Assembly (NCBI GenBank): GCA_963801815.1
Contig: CAWDGJ010000002.1
Location: 832,001-896,000 of the forward strand
Length of the DNA: 64,000 nt
From: an uncultured Verrucomicrobiae bacterium
GTDB taxonomy: Bacteria > Verrucomicrobiota > Verrucomicrobiia > Chthoniobacterales > UBA10450
Reading direction: 5' to 3'
In this document: in pieces, positions 27,933 to 39,119 of the stretch
Numbering within the stretch: position 1 is the first letter of the stretch
Layout: each line of letters opens with the position of its first letter
Position numbers and translations under genes: made by a program
The notes under the pieces: generated by a model
The model's database searches: none
Told to the model about the DNA's origin: nothing
What the model saw: only the letters and a program-made list of their open reading frames with translations

Positions 27933-30362
27933 TCAGTCTTCGATAGCGGCTGCTACCTCTTCTGCGTCTTCCTCAGATTTCTTATCAACCGCGCTCAAGT
28001 TTGATGGCTTGGTGTCGATTGTGACTTTGATAATCTTGCCAGTGAACTGATTCTCTCCCGGCTTGTAGTCGTTGGAAACCATTGTTTCGTTATCCACGCC
28101 TACATCGACGCCTTCATCGGCTGAAAACGCGTACGGTTGCGTCTTGGGAATTCGCCCGGTCGCCACTTGCTGGCCATCAACGTAGAGCGAGCACTTGCCA
28201 CCCGAGCCAGGTTTTGGCGCATCGACTATGAATTCATACTTGATCTCGTGTTTGCCTGCTGGCAAGGCATCCGGCCCGGCAATGTTGGTTCTCTCCACTC
28301 CGAAGTAATTGTACTCGTGATGTATTTTTCCCTCTCTCATATAGAGCACCCACCCTCCGAACGCGCCAGCCTGGGCGATGATCACGCCGTTGGTGTTGGC
28401 GTCCTTGATTTCGACAGGTGCGGTGACCGTGTAGGAGCAATTCTTCACATTGATGAACGCGTTTTCGGTAATGCCGACCATGCCCGGGTAAACTGTTAAC
28501 GACGTGCGATCGCCTATCAGGTCGGGTCTCCCGGCAATGGCCGCATTAAAGCGCTCTGATCTGCGGTCATCGATAGGCAGCACATGATTCTTGATTGCCT
28601 CCTTCGTGAAGAGGTTCTGAAGCTCTTTCAACTTCGACGGATTCTTCGATGCCAAATCAATCGCTTCGCTAAAATCGTCGGCTACATGGTAGAGTTCCCA
28701 AGTGTCCTTGGAAAGCGGCGGAAGCGGCACCATGAGCCAGGGTATAGAGTGGCGCGTGCATGCTACCCAGCCATCATGATAGATCCCGCGGTTTCCAAAC
28801 ATCTCGAAATACTGAGTAGTGTGCGTTTCCTTGGCGTTGGGATTGTCGAAGGCATAAACCATCGATGTTCCATCGAAAGGTCTTTGCACCGTCCCGTTCA
28901 CGCTTTTCGGAAAAGGCAAACCTGCGGCTTCCAAGACAGTAGGTGCAATGTCCGTCACGTGAGTAAACTGGGAGCGGACTTCTCCTTTTGCTTTAATGCG
29001 CGCCGGCCAATGGATCACAACACCATTCGTAGTTCCACCATAATGCGACGCGATTTGCTTGGTCCACTGAAACGGAGTGTCGCCCGCCCAGGCCCATCCT
29101 ATGGCATAGTGTGGGAACGTGCTTGGTCCGCCCCACTCATCCAGATGCGGCATATTGATCTCAGCGGTGTTGATGATCCCGTTCAGCGCCATCATTTCGT
29201 TGTAAGCGCCCTCTGGTCCGCCTTCCGCGCTAGCACCGTTATCGCCGACGATGTAGATGAACAATGTGTTGTCCATTACTCCCATCTCGCTCAGCGCATT
29301 CGCCAGTCGACCCACCTGTTCATCGGTGTGCTCGGCAAAACCGGCGAACGTCTCCATTTGTCGCGCCTCAAGTTTTTTCTGATTCGGTGTCTGAGAATCC
29401 CAGGATGGAATTTCTTTTGGACGCTTCGTTAGCTCCGCGTTCGCCGGAATGACGCCAATTTGTTTCTGGCGAGAAAAGGTTTCTTCGCGCAGCGCGTCCC
29501 AACCCTGATCAAACTTGCCCGTATAGCGCTCAATATATTCCTTGGGAACATGATGCGGAGCATGCAAAGCGCCGGTAGCAAAGTAGACAAAGAAAGGCTT
29601 GTCCGGAGTTAACGAGTGTTGCGCCTGCATCCAGGCGATCGCCTGGTTAGTCATGTCGACGGTAAAGTGGTAATCAGGATCATGCGCCGGCTCAACCCGG
29701 ATGGTTCCATCGAAGATGGCAGGCGCCCACTGATTGGTCTCACCGCCGATGAAGCCATAGAACTTGTCGAAACCAGAATGCGTCGGCCAGCGGTCAAGCG
29801 GTCCGGAAACCGAGACCTCCCACGGCGGCGTTTCGTGATACTTGCCGAAAGCGGCGGTGCTATAGCCATTCAGACGCAGCATCTCTGCGAGCGGTGCGAC
29901 GCTCTGTGGGCGGATGCCGCTATTGCCGGGAAATCCGGTGGCGAGCTCCATGATCGCGCCCGCATTGTTAACGTGATGATTGCGCCCCGTTAGCAGCGCC
30001 GTGCGAGTGGGAGAACAAAGCGCAGTGGTGTGGAAATTGTTTAGGCGCAACCCGGCCTCAGCGAGTTTGTCCAGGGTCGGCATCTTGCACGGCCCGCCAA
30101 AGGCGCTTGATTGTCCAAAGCCGATGTCGTCGAGCAAAACAACGACGACATTGGGCGCTCCGTTCGGTGATTTGATCTCAAACCGCGGTGGCGCCTTGGC
30201 GTTGCGAGCATCCAATTCCGTGATTGTTGGGTACTGCGGTTCGCGGATCGGCAGCACCGTCCGATCAAGTGTTGCGGGCGCCTGATCCGCCTGGTCCCAT
30301 GCGAATGAAGCGGCGGCAATCAACCCGAGTGTAAGAAAGGCGAGCTTAGTTTTGATTTTCAT
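27933..30362 (-). CDS. Arylsulfatase (Cys-type)
   Basis: PNVVVVLLDD, CSPTR, GKYH, GDNG, signal peptide. Confidence 0.95.
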   Translation of the reverse strand: MKIKTKLAFLTLGLIAAASFAWDQADQAPATLDRTVLPIREPQYPTITELDARNAKAPPRFEIKSPNGAPNVVVVLLDDIGFGQSSAFGGPCKMPTLDKLAEAGLRLNNFHTTALCSPTRTALLTGRNHHVNNAGAIMELATGFPGNSGIRPQSVAPLAEMLRLNGYSTAAFGKYHETPPWEVSVSGPLDRWPTHSGFDKFYGFIGGETNQWAPAIFDGTIRVEPAHDPDYHFTVDMTNQAIAWMQAQHSLTPDKPFFVYFATGALHAPHHVPKEYIERYTGKFDQGWDALREETFSRQKQIGVIPANAELTKRPKEIPSWDSQTPNQKKLEARQMETFAGFAEHTDEQVGRLANALSEMGVMDNTLFIYIVGDNGASAEGGPEGAYNEMMALNGIINTAEINMPHLDEWGGPSTFPHYAIGWAWAGDTPFQWTKQIASHYGGTTNGVVIHWPARIKAKGEVRSQFTHVTDIAPTVLEAAGLPFPKSVNGTVQRPFDGTSMVYAFDNPNAKETHTTQYFEMFGNRGIYHDGWVACTRHSIPWLMVPLPPLSKDTWELYHVADDFSEAIDLASKNPSKLKELQNLFTKEAIKNHVLPIDDRRSERFNAAIAGRPDLIGDRTSLTVYPGMVGITENAFINVKNCSYTVTAPVEIKDANTNGVIIAQAGAFGGWVLYMREGKIHHEYNYFGVERTNIAGPDALPAGKHEIKYEFIVDAPKPGSGGKCSLYVDGQQVATGRIPKTQPYAFSADEGVDVGVDNETMVSNDYKPGENQFTGKIIKVTIDTKPSNLSAVDKKSEEDAEEVAAAIED

Positions 30363-30378
30363 GGTTGTGGTTTTCAGA

Positions 30379-30453
30379 ATTTGAACAGGAGATAACGGAG
30401 GAACGGAGTTTCAAATTTCTGTCTCTGTTTTCTCTGTTTGCTCCTGTTGAAAT
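30379..30453. repeat. REP-like palindromic element, copy 1
   Basis: AACAGGAGATAACGGAGGAACGGAG ... CTCTGTTTTCTCTGTTTGCTCCTGTT inverted arms. Confidence 0.85.
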
Positions 30454-30460
30454 GGGTTCT

Positions 30461-31198
30461 TTATTTCAGATCGAACTCTTTGAGTTCCTTCGCCGCCGTG
30501 CCGTAGTCGCCCAGTTGATAAACCGCCGCGCCTGCCGGCGAAAAGGTGAACGGCTCAAACGGTTCGGCCAGCATCTTGTCCAGGTATTCCCGCGTGGCGA
30601 CGCCGGTGGAGACGTGCGGCTCGAAATGCGCGCCCGCGTGTTCTGTGGCGAACACTTCGACATAGGGAATCAACTCCGGGTGGATGTCGGGGTGTTCAGG
30701 CGTGGTGAAGAACGCGGCGGTCGTGCCGGTTTTCACCGTGAGCGGTTTCACCGCGGCGATCAAGTCCGCCTGGAGCTTGAGTAATTCAGGCGTCGGTTTC
30801 ACGACAATGCCCGAAAGCCCGATGCTTCCACTCGGAAGGTAATAGTATTTGAAGGCTTCCAGCTTCAAGGCGGTGATGTTGCCAGCGGCCAGTACCTTGT
30901 GGGCGGCGGCAAAAACTTGGTCGAGATTCGCCGTGGGCACGAAGCATTGATACATGGAGATATGCGGACGATGCGCGGCGTCCAGCGAGAAGCCCTTCGG
31001 AAAGACTTTGAGCAGACGGTCGTTGGTGGCGGTCGCGTGCTGGATCATCGTGGCGTCCGGTTCCAGTAGGATGTCGATGGCCGTGACCGAGTCTTGATCC
31101 GCAGAGGGTGACGCGGTTTGCGCGTGAATGTTTCTCGCCAGCATAGCGAGGGCACACGCCATCGCTCCTTTGATTAGAAGATTAGTTAGGCTTTTCAT
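30461..31198 (-). CDS. Secreted 2H phosphoesterase (2'-5' RNA ligase-like fold)
   Basis: Two HxS motifs (PHIS, PHVS); signal peptide. Confidence 0.75.
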   Translation of the reverse strand: MKSLTNLLIKGAMACALAMLARNIHAQTASPSADQDSVTAIDILLEPDATMIQHATATNDRLLKVFPKGFSLDAAHRPHISMYQCFVPTANLDQVFAAAHKVLAAGNITALKLEAFKYYYLPSGSIGLSGIVVKPTPELLKLQADLIAAVKPLTVKTGTTAAFFTTPEHPDIHPELIPYVEVFATEHAGAHFEPHVSTGVATREYLDKMLAEPFEPFTFSPAGAAVYQLGDYGTAAKELKEFDLK

Positions 31199-31221
31199 AG
31201 TTGGGTTCCTTCGATCGATTT

Positions 31222-31330
31222 TTTTACAGGAGATAACAGAGGGAACGGAGTTACTTGGAAATTTATCTTTGAACAGGAGCTAAAAGATTTCCGCTCCGTC
31301 TCTGTTATCTCTGTTTCCTCCTGTTAGATT
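31222..31330. repeat. REP-like palindromic element, copy 2 (with extra partial arm)
   Basis: TTTACAGGAGATAACAGAGGGAACGGAG ... TTTGAACAGGAGC ... CTCTGTTATCTCTGTTTCCTCCTGTT. Confidence 0.85.
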
Positions 31331-31337
31331 CTGCGGC

Positions 31338-32345
31338 TTATTTCTCGAAAGCGAACACCTTCTTCCAATCGTCCTTCATGCTGACGACGGTCCAGCCATC
31401 CTTCTCCGCTTGTTCGTATAGCGCCGGCGTGAAGGCGCCCAGTTTGGTATCCGGCAATCCTTTTGCCGGACCGTAGGCGTATTCGCGCGCCGCATCATCG
31501 TGCAGCACCAGCAACAAGAACCGCGCGCCGTTGCCGCCCTGCGCGTATTCGAGCATTTGCTGATCGCCTGTCGAGTTACCGAACGCCGCAATGGGCCGGC
31601 GGCCGATGTGCTGATTGATGCCAACGGGCTTGCCGCCTTTGTCGTCGTTGAAGTTCAACGCCGGCAAACGCACGAGCACGGGTTGGCCGTCGCGCATCTC
31701 AAACTGCGTCTTCACACTGCTGCCGATTACTTGTTCCGGCGGAATGCCATAAGTCTTCTCCGCCCATGGGCGCATGAACTCGATGCCGCCGCCCGAGACA
31801 ATGAATGTCTTGAAACCGTTCGCGCGCAGGTAGGCGAGCAGTTCGACCATCGGCTGATAAACGCACGCGATGTAGGGCTGTTTGAATTTCGGATGCCGCG
31901 CAGTCGCGAGCCAGTCCTTAACGATCTGTTCGAAGTCCGTCGTGGTCATGCCCGCGTGCGTGGCCATGAAGAGTTCGAGGACCGCGTGTTCCCCGCCGGC
32001 CAGCGCAGTTTTCACGTCACCCTTGAGCAACGACGCAAAGGGTTCTTTCGTTTTCCATTCCGGATGCTGCGGCGCAAGCGCCTTCACGCGATCGAGCGCG
32101 AAGAACAATTGAACGGGCATCGGCTGTTCGCACCAGAGCGTGCCGTCGTTGTCGAATGTAGCGATGCGCTCGGCGACAGGTACAAAATCCGGTGAGCCTT
32201 CCTTCGTCACCTTATCGACAAAGGCGATAATGGCCTCCTTCGGCGCAGTGTCGTTCCACGAGGGAAGCGGATCCTGGGCTTTGAGCGTAGTGAGGCCGGC
32301 GAAAGCGATCGCCAACAGGACAAGTGTGTTGCGGATGGGTTTCAT
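31338..32345 (-). CDS. Secreted HAD-family phosphatase
   Basis: FDNDGTLW motif I, IVSGGG motif II, FGNSTGD; signal peptide from MKPIRN. Confidence 0.9.
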   Translation of the reverse strand: MKPIRNTLVLLAIAFAGLTTLKAQDPLPSWNDTAPKEAIIAFVDKVTKEGSPDFVPVAERIATFDNDGTLWCEQPMPVQLFFALDRVKALAPQHPEWKTKEPFASLLKGDVKTALAGGEHAVLELFMATHAGMTTTDFEQIVKDWLATARHPKFKQPYIACVYQPMVELLAYLRANGFKTFIVSGGGIEFMRPWAEKTYGIPPEQVIGSSVKTQFEMRDGQPVLVRLPALNFNDDKGGKPVGINQHIGRRPIAAFGNSTGDQQMLEYAQGGNGARFLLLVLHDDAAREYAYGPAKGLPDTKLGAFTPALYEQAEKDGWTVVSMKDDWKKVFAFEK

Positions 32346-32360
32346 GGGTCTGGCTTTCAG

Positions 32361-32495
32361 ATTTTTAACAGGAGGCAACAGAGGAAACTGAGTTTACTGC
32401 TCGAAAACAAAGGCGGATTGAACCAACAGAAGACAATGAAGGAAACGGAGTCCTCCCGAGATCATCTTTGTTAGCCCTGTTTGCTCCTGTTAAAT
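32361..32495. repeat. REP-like palindromic element, copy 3 (two left arms)
   Basis: TTTAACAGGAGGCAACAGAGGAAACTGAG ... AACAGAAGACAATGAAGGAAACGGAG ... CTTTGTTAGCCCTGTTTGCTCCTGTTAAA. Confidence 0.8.
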
Positions 32496-32511
32496 CTTTC
32501 CGGCTCATCTC

Positions 32512-33021
32512 TTAGACTTCCGGCGCCGGCATCGGTCCGAAGAATATCCGCAGGGCCTTTTCTCTGCCGATGACGCGCACCAGTTCGTGCACCATGCAAT
32601 ACGCGGAAATGAGCACGAGCAAAATGATCTGAATGGCCCAGAAGTGCGGCCAGATGATTTCCGAGAGCAATTTTTGGTTGCCGGCGACAAAGCCGCCGGT
32701 CTCGCGCCAAAAGTCGAAAAGTCGTTCCAAATAATGAATGACCGCAGAAAGCAACCAATAGAGAATGGTTTTCCAGGCGACGTTGTAGATGAGGGGTTTG
32801 TCCGGAAAACGATTGATCATCGGCAGCATGTCCGCGATCAACACCGCTTTGCCGAGAATGAGAGCGGCGACGGCAATCGACGTGGAAGAAGAGGGCGCGA
32901 GCCCCGTTCCTTTCAGCATCAATACGCGCACGTACGCGACGATATGGAGTGCAACGAAAAAGTAGATCGTCGGCGGGAGCAGCTTAAGGAATTCTTCTTT
33001 AACTTTGGCAGCAACTTTCAT
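32512..33021 (-). CDS. Hypothetical four-TM membrane protein
   Basis: Hydrophobic segments; LPPTIYFF, ALILGKAVLIAD, WPHFWAIQI. Confidence 0.8.
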   Translation of the reverse strand: MKVAAKVKEEFLKLLPPTIYFFVALHIVAYVRVLMLKGTGLAPSSSTSIAVAALILGKAVLIADMLPMINRFPDKPLIYNVAWKTILYWLLSAVIHYLERLFDFWRETGGFVAGNQKLLSEIIWPHFWAIQIILLVLISAYCMVHELVRVIGREKALRIFFGPMPAPEV

Positions 33022-33087
33022 GTCAGCTGCTTTCGGGTTCCGGCTCTTCTCATATATATATATATCTATACGATATAAGCATGTGCC

Positions 33088-33122
33088 GAAGAAAGGCGGG
33101 CGGCCCTTACGAGCCGCCCGTC
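33088..33122 (-). terminator. Intrinsic terminator after the CTAGR sulfatase
   Basis: Minus strand GACGGGCGGCTC-GTAA-GGGCCGCCCGCC followed by TTTCTT; GNRA loop; about 20 bp after the stop. Confidence 0.75.
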
Positions 33123-33143
33123 ATGAAGTGATTTCTGTTTCGG

Positions 33144-34784
<1,641 letters not shown>

Positions 34785-34820
34785 AGAGTCGTAACTTTGC
34801 GTGTTATCCCTTGATCAGGA

Positions 34821-34840
34821 TATTGGACTTTAGTCCTACC
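34821..34840. promoter_or_regulatory. Regulator box TATTGGACTTTAGTCCTACC
   Basis: Consensus match 37 bp upstream of ATG 34784. Confidence 0.9.
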
Positions 34841-34899
34841 GGGCAGTGCCCCGCGTCTCCAGATCCTTCACGCAACGAAAGCCGAGATAATTCGTGCCG
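34836..34899 (-). pseudogene. Orphan duplicate of the 3' end of the FGE gene
   Basis: Encodes GTNYLGFRCVKDLETRGTAR*; 34864-34899 matches 35646-35681 at 33 of 36 nt. Confidence 0.85.
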
Positions 34900-34909
34900 C
34901 CCACAACAG

Positions 34910-34998
34910 ATTTACAGAAGAAAACAGAGAAAACGGAGGGGGATGTCTCAAGACGAAACCTTGGCCGAACTCTCCTGTTTGGTTTGCTTGCTCCTGTT
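34910..34998. repeat. REP-like palindromic element, copy 4
   Basis: TTTACAGAAGAAAACAGAGAAAACGGAG ... CTCCTGTTTGGTTTGCTTGCTCCTGTT, just upstream of GxxExxY. Confidence 0.75.
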
Positions 34999-35009
34999 CT
35001 CCCCACTGC

Positions 35010-35411
35010 ATGCACGCTCTGTTCACCCGGGCTTCCGAGCTGACTGAAATTATCATTGGTGCGGCTATCGACGTGCATCGGGGCAAGGGGCCCGGCCTCA
35101 TCGAGTCCATCTACGAATGGTGTCTAACGAAAGAGTTTGAACTGCGTGGGTTGACATGCGTGAGTCAGAAACTCCTGGTGGTTGAGTACAAAGGCTTCAC
35201 GCGGGAGGAACCGCTGCGATTCGACATGCTGGTCGAAGGTTGCGTGCTGGTTGAAGCAAAGGCCGTGGAGAAAATTCTGTCTATCCACAAAGCGCAACTT
35301 CTGAGCTACATGAAATTACTGAATGTGCCACTTGGGTTGCTCATCAACTTCCATGAGATGAAATTGACCGACGGTGTTCACCGCTTGATTCTGCCGGAAG
35401 CCAATCGATGA
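35010..35411 (+). CDS. GxxExxY protein (PD-(D/E)XK nuclease superfamily)
   Basis: GLIESIY motif, RFDMLVE...VEAKA, AQLLSYMK, GLLINF; 133 aa. Confidence 0.95.
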   Translation: MHALFTRASELTEIIIGAAIDVHRGKGPGLIESIYEWCLTKEFELRGLTCVSQKLLVVEYKGFTREEPLRFDMLVEGCVLVEAKAVEKILSIHKAQLLSYMKLLNVPLGLLINFHEMKLTDGVHRLILPEANR

Positions 35412-35418
35412 TCCCTGA

Positions 35419-35495
35419 ATTTTTACAGGAGCAAACGGAGAGAACGGAGACGAAAAAGAAAAACTCTGTTTCCTCTGCTACCTCCTGTTCAAAAT
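35419..35495. repeat. REP-like palindromic element, copy 5
   Basis: TTTTACAGGAGCAAACGGAGAGAACGGAG ... CTCTGTTTCCTCTGCTACCTCCTGTTCAAAA, just after the GxxExxY stop. Confidence 0.85.
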
Positions 35496-35540
35496 CCGCC
35501 TGCCCATCCGTCCGGAGCGAATCAAAGAAACTAAGACTTC

Positions 35541-35609
35541 GACAAGAGCAAAATGAGAGAATCGGAAGCAACAAGCCCTCCGTTTTCTCTGTTCCGTCCT
35601 GTTAGAAAT
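35541..35609. repeat. REP-like palindromic element, copy 6 (degenerate)
   Basis: GACAAGAGCAAAATGAGAGAATCGGAAG ... CTCCGTTTTCTCTGTTCCGTCCTGTTAGAAA. Confidence 0.65.
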
Positions 35610-35626
35610 CAATAAGGGAGACGTGG

Positions 35627-36682
35627 CTACTGTCTGGCAATCTTGTCCTTCACGCACCGAAAACCGAGATGATTCGTGCCGGTGTTAACTTCGCCTTTGC
35701 CGCGTGTGCCGACGATGTAACGCGAACAGTATTGCGCGTTGCAAAGAAAGGAACCGCCGCGGTGAACACGCTTTTTCTCGTTAGGCTCGGCCGGATCGAA
35801 TGGTGAATCCGGTCCTTTAGGATTACTCGTTAGGCCGCCGTCTTTCGCCAGCTGTGCATAATAATCGGGACGATACCAATCGCTGCACCATTGCCAGACG
35901 TTCCCGGCCATGTCGTAAAGGCCGTAACCGTTCGCCGGAAATTTCGCGACCGGCGCGATACCGGCGTAGCCGTCTTCGGCCGCGTCCTTCACGGGAAATT
36001 TTCCCTGCCACGTGTTGGCCATCCATTTCCCCTTGGGACGAAATTCGTCGCCCCAGACAAATGTTTTTCCTTCCAAACCTCCGCGCGCGGCGAATTCAAA
36101 TTCGGCTTCGGTCGGCAAACGTTTGCCCGCCCATTTCGCGTAGGCTTCCGCGTCGGGATACGCGATCTGCACGACCGGATATTTTTCTTTTCCTTTAATA
36201 TCGCTTTCCGGTCCGTGCGGATGACGCCAGTTCGCGCCCTTCACGTAGGTCCACCACTGGAAATGATCGTTGAGCGGCACTTCGTGATCGGTCGGCGCAA
36301 ACACGACTGAGCCCGCGACCAGATTCTCAGCGGGCGCGGTTGGAAATTCTTCTTTCGTCGGCGCGCGTTCGGCGATGGTGACGTAACCGGTCGCTTTCAC
36401 GAACTTCTCGAATTCCTCGTTAGTCACCGTCGTCTTATCCATCCAGAAGCCATCCACCCGAACGCGATGGATCGGCTCCGCATCGTTCGAAGCCATCGGC
36501 ATCTCGTCGCTGCCATGGCCATTCATGACTGCGCCCATCGAAAACTCGCCGCCGGGAATCCAAACCATTCCTTCAGGTTTCGGAGCGGCGCTGCTTGCTT
36601 CCGTTAGGCCAGGCAATGCGCACCCTATCAGAAGAAGAAGCGCGCTCGGGAAATGGGATGAGAATTTTGACAACTGTTTCAA
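35627..36682 (-). CDS. Formylglycine-generating enzyme family protein (sulfatase-modifying factor)
   Basis: IPGGEFSMG, RLPTEAEFE, GLYDMAGNVWQW, RGGSFLCNAQYC with both Cys, GFRCV. Confidence 0.95.
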   Translation of the reverse strand: MKQLSKFSSHFPSALLLLIGCALPGLTEASSAAPKPEGMVWIPGGEFSMGAVMNGHGSDEMPMASNDAEPIHRVRVDGFWMDKTTVTNEEFEKFVKATGYVTIAERAPTKEEFPTAPAENLVAGSVVFAPTDHEVPLNDHFQWWTYVKGANWRHPHGPESDIKGKEKYPVVQIAYPDAEAYAKWAGKRLPTEAEFEFAARGGLEGKTFVWGDEFRPKGKWMANTWQGKFPVKDAAEDGYAGIAPVAKFPANGYGLYDMAGNVWQWCSDWYRPDYYAQLAKDGGLTSNPKGPDSPFDPAEPNEKKRVHRGGSFLCNAQYCSRYIVGTRGKGEVNTGTNHLGFRCVKDKIARQ

Positions 36683-36733
36683 ATTGACTACAGGCTTCCG
36701 ATCGAAATTTTACCGGATTTGGCGGCGCTTTTC

Positions 36734-36753
36734 CATACGACTTTGGTCTAATT
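36734..36753. promoter_or_regulatory. Regulator box CATACGACTTTGGTCTAATT
   Basis: Consensus match in the short divergent gap between FGE and the 36788 gene. Confidence 0.75.
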
Positions 36754-36787
36754 GGTCTGTCCAATGCCGACGCGTACGATCCGACGA

Positions 36788-38236
36788 ATGGCAAATCGCA
36801 GCGCGCTTGGTCTCACTTTCATCGCGTTTACATCGGCGTTGCTATTGGCGACATGCGCGCCCTATGGACCGTATCATCCCAACACGGCCGATAAGCCGCT
36901 GAATTCAATAAGAGGCCCGGCCGACGGGCGCTACAAAATGGCCTTCATCGAATTTGGAGATCAAGGCTCGGCTCTGGATGAGTCACAGCGCGCTGCGGCC
37001 CTCAGTGTCATTCGCAAAGCGGAACGTCCACTTCTCTTCGTTTACATCCACGGCTGGCAAAATGACGCCACATCGGGTGATACCTGTAAGTTCGAACATT
37101 TTCTCGACACGCTGTCGCGCTTTCCGGAGATGCGCGAACATAAAATTAATTTGATCGGCGTTTACATTGCCTGGCGCGGCAAGGACCTTACCGTCCCAGG
37201 CCTCGATCTACTCACCTTCTGGAGTCGCAAAGCAGCGGGCGGAGAAGTTGCGGCTCAAAACGGTTGTCTGGCTGCGATCAGCGAGCTCGCTTTGGCGGCG
37301 CGAGCCCCCGACAAGAAATTGCATCATTGCGTGCTCATGGGCCATTCCTTCGGCGGCTTGGTGCTGGGCAACACGATTTCCCATTCGATTCTCGATGCTA
37401 GTGCCAATGGTGAACGGAATTCGAGTCCCTGGGACATGGCGGTGGCGTTTAACTCCGCCGATGATTCCATCAGCACGCGCCAGCTCATGTCGGAGCTGGA
37501 CTATCTATATAAGTACGACCCGGCGCGTCATGCTTACGTGAGCCGGTCGGGTGGCTCGGGCAAGGTCGCAACGCTAGACGAGAACCGGCCGCTTCTGATC
37601 ATGTTGCAAGCCGAAAACGACTCAGCAACAGGCGGTTTTTTCCCAATTGGAACGGGTTTCGCCAATCTGATGGGTTTTCGATATCACTGGGCCCGGGTCT
37701 CGGTGCCCGGCCACGACGGGGAGAAGGTTTCGGAAAAGGAATTCGAAACGCACACGCCGGGGAACAACAAGTATTTGGTCAACTATCAGGTTGTTCCACG
37801 GGGAGAAGCGACGCCGCCGCCGTGGTTGAAAGGAGTTGAGAACCGCGCCGTGGAAGCGAACGCGGTGCGCAATCTGCAGGGCCGGATCTTTTATACGAGC
37901 ACCAAAAACGACGGCCATGAAAGTAAAATTTGCCCTGGTTCGACCTACGATCCCGATAAGATAAAAGAAGCAACGGGAAACGAGGTCTGGCGGAAATGGG
38001 AAATTGTTTACACCGGCAACGCGCGCATTCCGTTTTGGATCGTCCGCGTCCCAAAGGAAATCATTTCCGGGCACGGGGGATTGTGGAGCGACAATTCCAT
38101 CGCGCTGTTCACTGCCCTTTACCGCCTGCACTTTCCGGTTAACGCTCAGGGCGTTAACGTGCTGCCTTCCACCACACAGATTCCAAACACTCCCGACGCG
38201 GAACGTTCAAACGAAGACAAGTTGGCCGGGGAATAG
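36788..38236 (+). CDS. Putative lipoprotein with alpha/beta-hydrolase-like fold
   Basis: Lipobox-like LATC, VYIHGW, nucleophile elbow GHSFGG, late SGHGG; start uncertain. Confidence 0.75.
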   Translation: MANRSALGLTFIAFTSALLLATCAPYGPYHPNTADKPLNSIRGPADGRYKMAFIEFGDQGSALDESQRAAALSVIRKAERPLLFVYIHGWQNDATSGDTCKFEHFLDTLSRFPEMREHKINLIGVYIAWRGKDLTVPGLDLLTFWSRKAAGGEVAAQNGCLAAISELALAARAPDKKLHHCVLMGHSFGGLVLGNTISHSILDASANGERNSSPWDMAVAFNSADDSISTRQLMSELDYLYKYDPARHAYVSRSGGSGKVATLDENRPLLIMLQAENDSATGGFFPIGTGFANLMGFRYHWARVSVPGHDGEKVSEKEFETHTPGNNKYLVNYQVVPRGEATPPPWLKGVENRAVEANAVRNLQGRIFYTSTKNDGHESKICPGSTYDPDKIKEATGNEVWRKWEIVYTGNARIPFWIVRVPKEIISGHGGLWSDNSIALFTALYRLHFPVNAQGVNVLPSTTQIPNTPDAERSNEDKLAGE

Positions 38237-38354
38237 GACGTTTGGAGGAAGTGAGCCGCGACTGCAGTCAATCGCGAGTCAGATCCCGCATAACCCTTCG
38301 CCTGAGCAAGCGCAAGTTGAACTCTAGGCCTACGCCTGTGACGTCCGACGCCGG

Positions 38355-39119
38355 TTAATGCGTCGTGTAACCGCCGTCGATCACAAACGTCTGACCAACG
38401 GCGAACGAGGCGAAGTCAGAACAGAGAAACAGAACCATGTTCGCCATCTCATCCGGCTCCGAAAAGCGACCGATCGGCGTGTTGGCGAGAAAATGCGCGC
38501 GCATGTTTGGATCCTCAAACCACGTCTTCGTCATCGCGGTATTCACCAATCCAGGCGCGAGCGCGTTGATACGAATTCCCTGGTTCGCGTATTCGACGGC
38601 GGCTGCTTTGGACAAGCCAATGACCCCGTGTTTGGCCGTGACGTAAGAGCTGATTCCAGGCTCCGCGATTATTCCCGCGATCGACGCGTTGTTCACGATC
38701 GCACCACCTCCGTTTTTCAGCATGTGCCGGATCTCGTGTTTCAGACAGAGGAACACACCTTTGAGATCGACCGTTAAAGTGTTGTCGAAAGTTGATTCAT
38801 CCATTTCGGCCACCATCACCGTAGGAGGCAGAACACCAGCGTTATTAAATGCGCAATGTAATCCGCCGTAAGTGTGGACGGCGGCCGCAACGAGAATTTT
38901 CACGTCACCCTCCTTGCAAACATCGGTCTTCACAAACAGAGCTTCGCCGCCGTCTCGCTTGATTGCTTCGACCGCGTGCGCTCCTTCGGGATCAATATCG
39001 CCGATCACAACTTTGGCGCCGCTGCGGGCAAACAACAGCGCCGTTGCGCGACCAATGCCACGGCCTCCGCCGGTGACGATTGCGACCTTTCCAGAGAAGT
39101 TGAATGGTGTTTTGCTCAA
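38355..39119 (-). CDS. Short-chain dehydrogenase/reductase
   Basis: TGGGRGIG, NNAG, YVTAK (YxxxK), IDGG. Confidence 0.95.
   Translation of the reverse strand: MSKTPFNFSGKVAIVTGGGRGIGRATALLFARSGAKVVIGDIDPEGAHAVEAIKRDGGEALFVKTDVCKEGDVKILVAAAVHTYGGLHCAFNNAGVLPPTVMVAEMDESTFDNTLTVDLKGVFLCLKHEIRHMLKNGGGAIVNNASIAGIIAEPGISSYVTAKHGVIGLSKAAAVEYANQGIRINALAPGLVNTAMTKTWFEDPNMRAHFLANTPIGRFSEPDEMANMVLFLCSDFASFAVGQTFVIDGGYTTH

Larger units (their letters stand above)
34900..35626. mobile_element. Putative inserted cassette: GxxExxY nuclease gene plus three palindromic elements
   Basis: Bounded by direct repeats of the FGE 3' end; gene is opposite in orientation to all neighbours; no recognised transposase or integrase. 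Confidence 0.5.
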
